The position numbers and the translations under genes are program-made. A model generated the notes under the pieces. It ran no database searches. It saw only the letters and a program-made list of their open reading frames with translations, and had not been told where the DNA came from. A stretch of DNA of 64,000 bases from Candidatus Aenigmatarchaeota archaeon. Lineage in GTDB: Archaea > Aenigmatarchaeota > Aenigmatarchaeia > CG10238-14 > SpSt-28. Location: positions 21,542 to 85,541 of the forward strand of contig JAWBAK010000002.1 of assembly GCA_038997165.1 (NCBI GenBank). The letters run 5' to 3'. Shown piece by piece: positions 27,475 to 37,028 of the stretch; positions within the stretch are counted from its first letter, which is position 1; each line of letters starts with the position of its first letter.

Positions 27475-28665
27475 TTAAATTTTTATTAAATGTAATTTTT
27501 GAATGTTATTATCTTTTATTAATACTGGTACTTCATTTAATGTTAAGTCAGAAAATGATTCGCGCATTCCAAATAATATTTTTTCTAAGTCACTTACTTG
27601 AGAAGAAGAAATTGTAACATAAGTAAGATTTGCGGGCTCAGAAATTTTAATATTTTTTAAATTACAATTTAGTAGATTTGCTCCAGAAAGATTAGCACCG
27701 GAAAGATTTGCTCCAGAAAGATCAGCACCTTCTAGGTTAGCTCTTAAAAGATTTGCTCCAGAAAGATCTGCATTTCTTAAATTGGCTTTATAAATATCTG
27801 CTTCGGTTAAATTTGCTTTTGGGAAATTTGCTCCACGTAATACTGCATATTTTAAATTGGTTTGTGATAAATCTGAGCCAGAAAAATCTGCTTCTGATGC
27901 TATACTAGTACTAAGAATTGCTTTATGTAAATTCGATTCTAAAAATTTTGCTTCTAAAAGAATTGAATTATAAAGACTTGCCCCTTGTAAATTAGTATTT
28001 GTAAAAGATGCATTTTTTAAATTAGAATAATCAAGATATGCTTCTCTTAGTTCACAATCAATAAACTTTGCTTTTTCAAAATTCCCTTCAGAAATATCTG
28101 CTCTTTGGAAACCACATTTAGAAAAAGTAGCATTTTCAGCATCTATATGTGAAAAATTTCCTTCGTTAAATAATGTATTTATAGCAGTTACGTTTCTTAA
28201 TGTTGAATATTGAGAATTCGAATTTTTAAAAATACATTCTAAAAATGTTGAATTAGTAAAATTTGTATAAGGACAATATGAACCAAAAAAAGATACATTT
28301 GAAAATTTACATTCTTTAAAATTTGAACCAGAAAGATCTGTAAAGGAAAAATCTACTTTATCAAATTTTGAATAATTAAAATTTCCTCGAGAAATAACAG
28401 CTCTTGTAAAATCTACATTTTCTGCTTGTAAATTTGGTAAAGAAAGATTTGGCATTATAACTCCAATAAATAAAGAATCTCTAATAATAGTTGGTTCACA
28501 GGAAAACCTATTTTTCTTTTGTTCTTCAATAAATTTTTTATATTTTTCATATCTACTTAAATCATCTTCTTTCACTCTTATATTTCTTAATTCTTTTGAA
28601 TGGTATAATCTTTCTATAAAATTCTCTCCATTAATTTTTTGATATTTATTTTTTGTACTTTCCAT
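27475..28665 (-). CDS. Pentapeptide repeat protein
   Basis: Long run of A(D/N)LxG repeats (ADLSGANLSGANLSG). Confidence 0.92.
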   Translation of the reverse strand: MESTKNKYQKINGENFIERLYHSKELRNIRVKEDDLSRYEKYKKFIEEQKKNRFSCEPTIIRDSLFIGVIMPNLSLPNLQAENVDFTRAVISRGNFNYSKFDKVDFSFTDLSGSNFKECKFSNVSFFGSYCPYTNFTNSTFLECIFKNSNSQYSTLRNVTAINTLFNEGNFSHIDAENATFSKCGFQRADISEGNFEKAKFIDCELREAYLDYSNLKNASFTNTNLQGASLYNSILLEAKFLESNLHKAILSTSIASEADFSGSDLSQTNLKYAVLRGANFPKANLTEADIYKANLRNADLSGANLLRANLEGADLSGANLSGANLSGANLLNCNLKNIKISEPANLTYVTISSSQVSDLEKILFGMRESFSDLTLNEVPVLIKDNNIQKLHLIKI

Positions 28666-28742
28666 ACTACTTATAGGAAGTTAATTTATTTATTTTTTTC
28701 TTTTTTTAAATTACTATAAATATTTTCCTAAAACTAATATTT

Positions 28743-29069
28743 ATGGTTGAATTAAGTGAAGAAAAACAAAGAGAATTTTTAATTTTGCAGCAACAATATC
28801 AAAATGTAATTGTTGAAATAGAAACTTTAAAAATAAGAAATAAGGAAATTGAAGAAGTTTTAGAAGAACTTCAAAAATCCGAAAGACAAGAAGCATATAA
28901 ATTAATTGGAAATGTTTTAGTTAAAAAAAGTAAAGAGGAAATAATAAATGAGCTTAAAGAAGAAAAAGAAATTATTGATTTAAGATTTAAAAATTTAGAA
29001 AAACAAAAGCAAAAATTAGAGGAAAAATTAAATGAGTTTAGAAAATTATTGGAGAAAAAAGAGAAATAA
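28743..29069 (+). CDS. pfdB: Prefoldin beta subunit
   Basis: Coiled coil - AYKLIGNVLV - coiled coil. Confidence 0.9.
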   Translation: MVELSEEKQREFLILQQQYQNVIVEIETLKIRNKEIEEVLEELQKSERQEAYKLIGNVLVKKSKEEIINELKEEKEIIDLRFKNLEKQKQKLEEKLNEFRKLLEKKEK

Positions 29070-29092
29070 TAATATTTTTTCTTTATAATATT

Positions 29093-29428
29093 ATGGTAAT
29101 AAAGAAAATTGTTGAAAAACTGAAAGGAAAGAAAAGAGAAATAGAAGAGGAAGAAGTTGAAATAGTAACACCAGAAGAAGAAAAGAAAAATAAAGTATAT
29201 GTAATGAAATTAAAAGATTTTAACGATACATATCAAGTTCAAAATTTATTAAGAGAAGGATATGTTGTTATTTTGAGTATAAAAGAGTTGAAAACGAAAG
29301 ATGTAAGTGAATTAAAAAGAAGTGTAGATAGAATAAGAAAAACTGTTGAAGCTATTGGTGGAGATATTGTTGGAGTAGAAGAAGATATTATTATAGCAAC
29401 ACCCAGTGGAATTAAAGTAGAAAGATAA
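29093..29428 (+). CDS. sepF: Cell division protein SepF
   Basis: LREGYVVIL...LKRSVDRIRKTVEAIGGDIVG...IIATP. Confidence 0.88.
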   Translation: MVIKKIVEKLKGKKREIEEEEVEIVTPEEEKKNKVYVMKLKDFNDTYQVQNLLREGYVVILSIKELKTKDVSELKRSVDRIRKTVEAIGGDIVGVEEDIIIATPSGIKVER

Positions 29429-29480
29429 ATTTTTAATTTTTTAGATAAAGCTTAAGTCGTTACCTAGTTGCACAGTTATC

Positions 29481-29488
29481 TTTAAATA
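29481..29488 (+). promoter_or_regulatory. TATA box of the thermosome gene (leaderless transcript inferred)
   Basis: TTTAAATA 22-29 nt upstream of the ATG; no Shine-Dalgarno. Confidence 0.5.
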
Positions 29489-29509
29489 TACTTTTTTAAA
29501 TTATTATAT

Positions 29510-31183
29510 ATGGCCGAACAACCAAAAGCCTTACTTGCTCAACTAGGAGGACAACCAGTACTAATATTACCAGAAGGAACAATAAGAACTACAGGAAGGG
29601 ATGCTCTAAGAAATAATATAGCAGCAGCAAAGGCTTTAGGAGAAACAATAAAATCAACTTTAGGACCTAAAGGAATGGATAAAATGCTAGTAGATAGCTT
29701 AGGAGATATAACAATAACAAACGATGGAGTAACAATACTAGAAGAAATGGAAATAGAACATCCAGCAGCTAAAATGTTAGTTGAAGTTGCAAAAACTTTA
29801 AATCAAGAAGTTGGTGATGGAACAACAAGTAGTGTAGTTTTTGCAAGTGAATTATTAAGAAAAGCGGAAGAATTATTAGATCAAGATATTCATCCAACTG
29901 TAATAATTAGAGGATATAGAATTGCACTAGATATTGCTAGAAAAACATTAGAAAAAATTGCAAAAAAAGTTACATTAAAGGATAGAGAAATATTAAAGAA
30001 AATTGCGCTAACTTCAATGAGTGGAAAGTCTGCATTAGCTCAAAGTCCAAAAATAATGGAAAAAATAGCAGATTTGGTTGTTGAAGCTGTATTAACTGTT
30101 GCTAAAGAAGAAAATGGAAAAATAATTATCGATAGAGAAGATATAAAAAGAGAAAAGAAAGCAGGTGGAAGTATTGAAGATACAGAATTAATTAAAGGAA
30201 TCGTAATAGATAAAGAGGTTGTTCATCCACAAATGCCAAAAGTTGTTAAAGATGCAAAAATCGCATTATTAGATACTGCATTAGAAGTTAAGGAAACAGA
30301 AACAGATGCAGAAATTAGAATTACTAAACCAGAAGAACTAAAAGCATTTCTAGCTGAAGAAGAAAAAATGCTTAAAGAAATGGTTGAAAAAATTGCAAAA
30401 GTAGGAGCTAATGTTGTATTTTGTCAAAAAGGAATAGATGATTTAGCTCAACATTTCTTAGCTAAAAAAGGAATATTAGCTGTAAGAAGAGTTAAAAGAA
30501 GTGATATGGAAAAGTTAGCTAAAGCAACTGGAGCAAGAATTGTAACCAATTTAGATGATTTAACTGAAAAAGATTTAGGATATGCAGAAATTGTTGAAGA
30601 AAAAAGAGTTGGTGGAGAAAATATGGTATTTGTAAGAGGTTGTAAAAATCCAAAATCTGTAACTATATTAGCTAGAGGAGGTACAGAGCATGTAGTTGAA
30701 GAAATCGATAGAAGCATTGAAGATGCTATCGGTGCAGTAACTTCTGCATTAGCAGATGGATATTTTGTTGCTGGTGGAGGAGCACCTGAAATGGAAATTG
30801 CAATTAACGTTAGAAAAGAAGCTCAAAAATACAGTGGAAGAGAACAGTTAGCAATATTAGCTTTTGCAGATGCAATAGAAGTTATTCCAAAAGCTATTGC
30901 AGAAAATGCGGGAATGGATACTATCGATATTATATTAAAATTAAGAGCTGAACACGAAAAAGGAAATGTAACATATGGAGTAGATGTTGATAAGGGAGAT
31001 GTAGGAGATATGCTAGAAAAAGGAGTAATTGAACCATTAAGAGTTAAAACACAAATGATAGCTAGTGCAACAGAAGCTGCAGAAATGATATTAAGAATAG
31101 ATGATATAATTGCAGCAGGAAAATCAAAGAAAGAAGAAGGTAAAAAAGAAGAAGAGGGAGAAGAATCAGTTGGTGAAGACTAA
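29510..31183 (+). CDS. thsA: Thermosome (group II chaperonin) subunit
   Basis: [27 protein letters not shown]. Confidence 0.98.
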   Translation: MAEQPKALLAQLGGQPVLILPEGTIRTTGRDALRNNIAAAKALGETIKSTLGPKGMDKMLVDSLGDITITNDGVTILEEMEIEHPAAKMLVEVAKTLNQEVGDGTTSSVVFASELLRKAEELLDQDIHPTVIIRGYRIALDIARKTLEKIAKKVTLKDREILKKIALTSMSGKSALAQSPKIMEKIADLVVEAVLTVAKEENGKIIIDREDIKREKKAGGSIEDTELIKGIVIDKEVVHPQMPKVVKDAKIALLDTALEVKETETDAEIRITKPEELKAFLAEEEKMLKEMVEKIAKVGANVVFCQKGIDDLAQHFLAKKGILAVRRVKRSDMEKLAKATGARIVTNLDDLTEKDLGYAEIVEEKRVGGENMVFVRGCKNPKSVTILARGGTEHVVEEIDRSIEDAIGAVTSALADGYFVAGGGAPEMEIAINVRKEAQKYSGREQLAILAFADAIEVIPKAIAENAGMDTIDIILKLRAEHEKGNVTYGVDVDKGDVGDMLEKGVIEPLRVKTQMIASATEAAEMILRIDDIIAAGKSKKEEGKKEEEGEESVGED

Positions 31184-31186
31184 TTC

Positions 31187-31561
31187 TTAACTTTCTTTTA
31201 TTTTTATTTTTTCTTCAAGTTTTTCCAATCGCTTTTTATCATTTAAATTTAAATTTATTATCATTACTTTAGAAGGATGAATAGGCACTAATACTTCTTC
31301 TCCTCTAGCTCTTTTTCTTGTTATACCTTCAACATATACTCTTAACTTTTTATAATCAATTTTAACTATTTTTCCTTTTTTACCTTTATATTTTCCCCTC
31401 ATTATTATTACTTCATCACCAACTCTTAATGGAAAACTTCTTCTTTTATACTTTTCTCTTAATTCTTTTGATAAATGTGCTGATAGCAATTTTCTTCTAA
31501 TATGCCATTTAGCTTCTTTTAATTTTTTTCTTTGTTTTCTAGGCTTTTTACTTTTTGTCAT
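31187..31561 (-). CDS. rpl24: 50S ribosomal protein L24
   Basis: SKKPRKQRK...LSKELREKY..RS.P.R.GDEV..MRG. Confidence 0.97.
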   Translation of the reverse strand: MTKSKKPRKQRKKLKEAKWHIRRKLLSAHLSKELREKYKRRSFPLRVGDEVIIMRGKYKGKKGKIVKIDYKKLRVYVEGITRKRARGEEVLVPIHPSKVMIINLNLNDKKRLEKLEEKIKIKES

Positions 31562-31605
31562 TATTATGATAAATTAATATTAAAAATTTAAACTTTTTAG
31601 TTTAA

Positions 31606-31968
31606 TTATTTAACTGTTACAGATTTTGCTAAATTTCTAGGATAATCTGGATTATTTCCTTTTTTTATAGCTAAAAGATAAGCTAAAATTTGCATTGGAA
31701 TTATTTGATAGATAACTATATCTTCTCTTCCATCTGGTATTTTTATCCAAATATCAAAAACAGGATCATTAAATGGAGAAACTCTAAGCTTGCTGGAAAA
31801 AAGATTGGAAACTGAAATAACAATAAAATCTTTACCTTTAATTTTTGATTTAGATGAATATTTTTGTGTCGCTATTAAAGAAAAAGATTTGAATGGAGAT
31901 GGATATATAGATAAAATTGATATCTTAGAAATAAATAAATTATAAGTAAAATTTTTTGATTTTTGCAA
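31606..31968 (-). CDS. GlmS C-terminal SIS fragment (truncated or remnant; start uncertain)
   Basis: [27 protein letters not shown] matches the GlmS C-tail; at most 120 aa. Confidence 0.75.
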   Translation of the reverse strand: MQKSKNFTYNLFISKISILSIYPSPFKSFSLIATQKYSSKSKIKGKDFIVISVSNLFSSKLRVSPFNDPVFDIWIKIPDGREDIVIYQIIPMQILAYLLAIKKGNNPDYPRNLAKSVTVK

Positions 31969-32380
31969 TTAAACCATAAGTTGAATTTTCTATTTCATTA
32001 TAGTTAAATTTAGCTTTTGCAATTCCAATTAAATTATTGTTTTCATCAATTACTATTATATCATCTCCACTCCTAAAATCTTTACTATATTCTAAAATAT
32101 TTTTTCTTATTATGTTTTTTGTTTTTTTAATATCATTTATAAATTCATTCTTAACTTTTATATAAAACTTTTTAGTTTCAACTAAAATTTTAGTGAATTC
32201 TATATTAATCGAAAAGAGAAAAAATTTTGGATTTAGATACAAAAATAAATTGTTGTTTAAATAAATTTCAATTTTTCTTGATCTAAATCTTTTTATTTTT
32301 AAATCTAAATTTTCAATTCTTTTTCTTATTTCTCTTCCAAATTGAAATTCAACTATATCTAATAATTCTTCTAAATTCAT
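31940..32380 (-). CDS. PUA-domain protein (resembles the C2+PUA part of archaeosine TGT)
   Basis: IVEFQFG...[22 protein letters not shown]...GLIAKIK. Confidence 0.75.
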   Translation of the reverse strand: MNLEELLDIVEFQFGREIRKRIENLDLKIKRFRSRKIEIYLNNNLFLYLNPKFFLFSINIEFTKILVETKKFYIKVKNEFINDIKKTKNIIRKNILEYSKDFRSGDDIIVIDENNNLIGIAKAKFNYNEIENSTYGLIAKIKKFYL

Positions 32381-32411
32381 AATTTACAATAAATTTTAAA
32401 AATACTATTAT

Positions 32412-32494
32412 GCCGGGGTCGCCTAGTGGATATGGCGCGGGCCTGGAGAGCCCGTGGGCGAAAGCCCGCGTGGGTTCGAATCCCACCCCCGGCG
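32412..32494 (+). tRNA. tRNA-Ser(GGA)
   Basis: GCCGGGGTCGCCTAG...CGGGC-CTGGAGA-GCCCG, long variable arm, GGTTCGAATCC. Confidence 0.96.
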
Positions 32495-32535
32495 AAATTT
32501 TTTAAATAATTTTTCTTTTTGCTATTATTTTCTTT

Positions 32536-33933
32536 ATGAACAATTTCAATCTAATTTCAGCATATATCGCAACAATTATAATTCTTGTTATAACTATTGG
32601 AATCGGAGCTGTTCTTTATTTATATTTTAGTGGATATATTTCACAATTAACTTCTGAAACAGAAGAAGCAACAACGATAAAATCTATTATTGAATGTTCA
32701 AAAGCAAGAATTGATAGCTATGCGTATATAACTACTACTACTTCAAAAGATTTTAAATATGGAGATTTTAACTATAGAATTCCAATAACAATAACAGAAA
32801 GAAGCGGAAATACTTTAATTGACTACCAAGTCTTAGTAGTAATAAATACACAAAATTTAATTTCTCAAGGCAAAATGAGAAATGATTGTGGAGATATTAG
32901 ATTTACCGATAGTGATGGAAAAACTTTATTGAATTATTGGATTGAACCGAATACATGTAATACCGAAAATACGAGAATTTGGGTTAAAGTTCCATACATT
33001 CCTGCTAGTTCAACAAAAACAATTTATTTATACTATGGAAACCCAGAAGCAACATCTTTAAGCAATGGAACAGCTACATTTATTGCTTTTGATTGGAAAT
33101 TTGATGGACCAATCTCAGCAGGAACATATCATACTTGCGCATTATTATCTAATGGCTCTATCATGTGCTGGGGAAGTAATTGGGCTGGTCAACTAGGTCT
33201 CGGCTACACATCATATTCAGAACAAACCCCCAAACAAGTTATTGGTATAGACAATGCAATAGCAATATCAACAGGAGCTTTTCACACCTGCGCATTACTC
33301 TCTAATGGTTCTATCATGTGCTGGGGAGATAACACTGCCGGTCAATTAGGTCTCGGATATACAAGTGATCCTATACCCTACCCACAGCAAGTTATTGGTA
33401 TAGATAATGCCATTGTAATTTCATCAGGAGCTTATCACACCTGCGCCTTACTATCTAATGGTTCTATCATGTGCTGGGGATATAACGGACATGGCCAACT
33501 AGGTCTTGGCTACACAATAGACTATGCACCAATCCCACAACAAACACTAAACTACAACTTAGGTGGTATGTATTTCAAAACCAACGATATTTACACACCA
33601 CATACTCCAAACGATATTTATTTTGTTAGGGTTTATGTAGAAATAGAACCAACAGTTTCTTTAGGAAGTGAAGAAACTTCACCAATAATAAAACTAACTA
33701 TGATAAATTTAGGTATTGAGTTAGGTAAAAGATATTTAATAAAATTAATCTATGAAGATGGAAAAGTAATTGTTAGAAATATAACTCTCGATAAAAATCT
33801 TAGCTCTGGAGAATCAAAAGAAATTTATTTAACAGATTTATCAAAAGGAAGAATTAGGAAAATAGAAATTTATAGTATAGATGTTTGTCCAAATATGTTA
33901 GTTGGAATTAGAAGTGTAAATATTGAGGTTTAA
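32536..33933 (+). CDS. Pilin-type N-terminus + DUF2341 + three RCC1-like repeats (putative adhesin pilin)
   Basis: ISAYIATIIILVITIG; YRIPITI...DCGDIRFTD...IWVKVP...YYGNP; 3x G.HTCALLSNGSIMCWG.N..GQLG. Confidence 0.85.
   Translation: MNNFNLISAYIATIIILVITIGIGAVLYLYFSGYISQLTSETEEATTIKSIIECSKARIDSYAYITTTTSKDFKYGDFNYRIPITITERSGNTLIDYQVLVVINTQNLISQGKMRNDCGDIRFTDSDGKTLLNYWIEPNTCNTENTRIWVKVPYIPASSTKTIYLYYGNPEATSLSNGTATFIAFDWKFDGPISAGTYHTCALLSNGSIMCWGSNWAGQLGLGYTSYSEQTPKQVIGIDNAIAISTGAFHTCALLSNGSIMCWGDNTAGQLGLGYTSDPIPYPQQVIGIDNAIVISSGAYHTCALLSNGSIMCWGYNGHGQLGLGYTIDYAPIPQQTLNYNLGGMYFKTNDIYTPHTPNDIYFVRVYVEIEPTVSLGSEETSPIIKLTMINLGIELGKRYLIKLIYEDGKVIVRNITLDKNLSSGESKEIYLTDLSKGRIRKIEIYSIDVCPNMLVGIRSVNIEV
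33121..33560 (+). repeat. 153-bp tandem repeats encoding RCC1-like blades
   Basis: Units start at 33121, 33274 and 33427 with high nucleotide identity. Confidence 0.9.
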
Positions 33934-34328
33934 ACAACTATACTTGCAATTTTTCCTATTGCACTAAATCTTTCAACAACTTCTTTAGCTACTGGTCCTC
34001 TAATTTCTGTTCCTTTCGGTTCTCCTTCTTCATTAACAATTATAGCTGCATTATCTTCAAATTTGACTCTTAATCCATTAGCTCTTCTTATTTCTTTTCT
34101 TTGCCTAATAATTACAGCCCAAAATAATTGTTTTTTAACTTCTGGAGTTCCATCTACAACACTAACTTTAACCATATCTGCTAATCCTGCTTTAGGATAT
34201 CTTTTTCTTCTTCCTTTATAACCTCTTACAGCAATAATTTTTAAAATTCTTGCACCACTATTATCTGCACAAACTAAATAACTTCCAACGTTTAAAGCTT
34301 TTGTTATTTTAGAAGTTATACCTTTCAT
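33930..34328 (-). CDS. rpl14: 50S ribosomal protein L14
   Basis: CADNSGA...FEDNAAIIV...PKGTEIRGPVAKE. Confidence 0.98.
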   Translation of the reverse strand: MKGITSKITKALNVGSYLVCADNSGARILKIIAVRGYKGRRKRYPKAGLADMVKVSVVDGTPEVKKQLFWAVIIRQRKEIRRANGLRVKFEDNAAIIVNEEGEPKGTEIRGPVAKEVVERFSAIGKIASIVV

Positions 34329-34660
34329 ATTTTAGCTATTACTACAAAATGTTTTGTTTTTGAAATTGGTCTAGTTTCACCTATTAAAACTTTATCACCA
34401 TCCTTAACTTCTATACAATCTGGCAAATGAGCTTTAATTTTGCTTCTTTTTCTCATATATCTTTCATATTTTGGAACATAAACTACATAATCTCTTTGAA
34501 CAGTAACTGTTTTGCTCATTTTTGTAGAAACTACAATTCCCTCTAATAACTTTCCTCTAATTTTAGTGTGACCATGCCATGGACATCTAGTATCGCTACA
34601 AAATTTTTCTGGTGGCTTTATTCCTTCTATTCCAATATTGTTAATTTTAACTTTTGCCAT
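34325..34660 (-). CDS. rps17: 30S ribosomal protein S17
   Basis: C.D.RCPWHG...RG...KYERY...IGETRPISKTK. Confidence 0.98.
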   Translation of the reverse strand: MAKVKINNIGIEGIKPPEKFCSDTRCPWHGHTKIRGKLLEGIVVSTKMSKTVTVQRDYVVYVPKYERYMRKRSKIKAHLPDCIEVKDGDKVLIGETRPISKTKHFVVIAKI

Positions 34661-34666
34661 ACTAAA

Positions 34667-35263
34667 TTAATCAATACCTAAAATTTTATATATTTTTTCT
34701 TTATTTAATTTTTTTACATTTAAAAATTTTATTTTTGCATTTTTAGCTGCTAATTTATCATATTTACTATCCCCAATAAACACTAAATTTTTTGTTTTAA
34801 ATTTATTCATTATTTTTATTAAACCTTCTTTATTTGGCTTTGAATTTTTTACATCTTCTTTACAAACTAAATAATCAAAATATTTTTCTAATTTAAATTT
34901 TTTAAGAATTATTCTAGTAATTTTTTTAGATGAAGAAGTAAATAATGCAATTTTAATATTTTTTTGTTTTAATTCTTTTAAAATATTAATAACTTTCCTT
35001 TTTTTCCTAATTTTTCCAATATTTTTTATAAAATATTTATCCTTCAGAAGTCTAATTTTTTTAATTTCATTAGAAGAAATATTAGGAATTAAAATTTTAA
35101 TAATTTCTTCTAATTGAATTCCAACTAATTTTTTAAATTCTTTATATAATTTTTCAATATTTTTATATCCTAAAGACTTAACTGCAAATTTAAAAGCTTT
35201 TGCATGTAATTCAACACTATCAACTAATGTTCCATCTAAATCAAAAACTACTACAAATTTCAT
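34667..35263 (-). CDS. HAD-superfamily phosphatase
   Basis: FDLDGTLVDS, KP, IGDSKYD. Confidence 0.92.
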   Translation of the reverse strand: MKFVVVFDLDGTLVDSVELHAKAFKFAVKSLGYKNIEKLYKEFKKLVGIQLEEIIKILIPNISSNEIKKIRLLKDKYFIKNIGKIRKKRKVINILKELKQKNIKIALFTSSSKKITRIILKKFKLEKYFDYLVCKEDVKNSKPNKEGLIKIMNKFKTKNLVFIGDSKYDKLAAKNAKIKFLNVKKLNKEKIYKILGID

Positions 35264-35268
35264 AAAAA

Positions 35269-35436
35269 TTAAGTTTTTATTTTTTTTCTTCGCCAGTTTG
35301 TTTCTATGTAAGTTCTAATTCTTCTAGTTTTTATTCTTTTTAATCCAAATTTTTTAATACTAGCCCAAATAGGGGCATCTTTAATTTTTGCTATTCTGGC
35401 TAATTTTATTTTTTTTGTTATGTGTTTTATTGCCAT
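35269..35436 (-). CDS. rpl39e: 50S ribosomal protein L39e (55 aa, not in ORF track)
   Basis: MAIKHITKKIKLARIAKIKDAPIWASIKKFG...NWRRKKIKT. Confidence 0.85.
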   Translation of the reverse strand: MAIKHITKKIKLARIAKIKDAPIWASIKKFGLKRIKTRRIRTYIETNWRRKKIKT

Positions 35437-35465
35437 AACATTTAGAAATTAAATATTAAAATATT

Positions 35466-36056
35466 TTAATAAAACGATATAGGTAGAATATTCAAATCTT
35501 TATAACCACAAGTTTTTTTAATATAATATATTGTTTTAATATCTAAATCTTTAACTAGTAATTCTCTAATATTTTCGTAATTATCTTTTCTTATAGCTTC
35601 TCTAATCATAGAAGAAGAAATAGATCTCTCTTTATCGTATATAACTTTAACGTTAATACCAAAAAAATTAAAAGTAAAAAAGTATAAAGAATAAATTAAT
35701 TTTCTACTAAGATCTCTTGTAAATATAATAACACTATTTTTAGAATTTTCAGAAGTTTTACAAGAACTTAAAATTAAATATTGAATATTTTTTAAGAAAT
35801 TTATATCGAGAATATTTTGTGGTATAATATGGCATTTATTTCTAAGAAAAGGATAATCATTAATAATAGATCTGATATAATTAATTCTTAATTTAATAGG
35901 TATTGGATTTTTTTGAGATAAAATTTCTTTTCCATTTTTTTCATAGTATATAGGTACAATTATTATTTTATCGCAATTTTCAAAATAATTTATAAGAGTT
36001 TTAAAATGTCCTTTATGAAATGGTTGAAATCTACCAATATAAATTCCTATAATCAT
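35466..36056 (-). CDS. Cytidylyltransferase-like / NMN adenylyltransferase family protein
   Basis: GRFQPFHKGH, NP....R, ISSSMIRE. Confidence 0.75.
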   Translation of the reverse strand: MIIGIYIGRFQPFHKGHFKTLINYFENCDKIIIVPIYYEKNGKEILSQKNPIPIKLRINYIRSIINDYPFLRNKCHIIPQNILDINFLKNIQYLILSSCKTSENSKNSVIIFTRDLSRKLIYSLYFFTFNFFGINVKVIYDKERSISSSMIREAIRKDNYENIRELLVKDLDIKTIYYIKKTCGYKDLNILPISFY

Positions 36057-36092
36057 AATAATTAAAGAATTTATTCTTTTAAAGTAGTTAAT

Positions 36093-37001
36093 TTATTTTA
36101 ATAAGGATAATTTAAATAAAATTGGTAGTGCTATTGTTGCATCACAAAAAATATTAATATGTTTTGCGTTTTCTTTAATTTTATTCCAGCTTATTGCCTC
36201 TCTAGTTTTAGCTCCACTTAAGCTACCATCTTCTTCAATTGCAGTAGAAATATATATTGCATAGTCTAACCCATTTTTAAATTGGGCATGCCAAATTGCA
36301 TGATGCTTAGAAATTCCACCACCAATTATTAATGCACCCAATTTTTTACTTTTCCAAATAATATCGCTTATTAAGCTTTCATCTAAAGAAATATTAATGA
36401 TAAAATCTTTATATTTTTGATTAAACAACCATATTTGATATCCAACGGCACCATCGAAAATTCCAGGAACTACTATTGGAATTTTATTTTTATTTGCCCA
36501 ATATAATATAGAGCTTTCATTTAATTCCTCCCCAATTATCCAGCACAATTCATAAGTTGATATTTCTTTTTTCTTTTCATAGATTTTTTTCAATAAATTT
36601 TGCATAAAATTTTCAATAGTTTTTCCATAATTTTCAAAAGGAATTAATATATTACCTAATCTATGAAATCCTTTATTTTTTAATTCTTTATCATCTATTT
36701 CAAAATATCCTTGATAATAATTTCCAAAAGATTTTGCAATGTCATGATCTAACGTTCCACAAGTTGTAATTATTAAATCAAAATACTTCTCTTTTATTAA
36801 ATCTTTGAATAATCCTCTTAATCCTGTAGAAACCAAATTTCCGGTAAAAGTTAATATTTTAGTAACATTTTTATCAAATATAAATTCTTTCAAAATTTCT
36901 GATGCTATATATAAATTTCTTGCTTGAAAGCCGCCAATATTTTCAAATACTAAATTTAGATTTTTTAAATCTTCTAATGAAATATCTTTAACATTTTTCA
37001 T
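36093..37001 (-). CDS. dys: Deoxyhypusine synthase
   Basis: FTGNLVSTGLRG, IIGGGISKHH, DGSLSGA..REAISW.K, DATIALP. Confidence 0.95.
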   Translation of the reverse strand: MKNVKDISLEDLKNLNLVFENIGGFQARNLYIASEILKEFIFDKNVTKILTFTGNLVSTGLRGLFKDLIKEKYFDLIITTCGTLDHDIAKSFGNYYQGYFEIDDKELKNKGFHRLGNILIPFENYGKTIENFMQNLLKKIYEKKKEISTYELCWIIGEELNESSILYWANKNKIPIVVPGIFDGAVGYQIWLFNQKYKDFIINISLDESLISDIIWKSKKLGALIIGGGISKHHAIWHAQFKNGLDYAIYISTAIEEDGSLSGAKTREAISWNKIKENAKHINIFCDATIALPILFKLSLLK

Positions 37002-37028
37002 AAATAAGAATATTTTTTATTTATTCTT

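Noticed and set aside
33121..33560. DGR template/variable repeat pair
   Set aside because: These are in-frame tandem RCC1 blades, the differences are not adenine-specific, and no reverse transcriptase is present.
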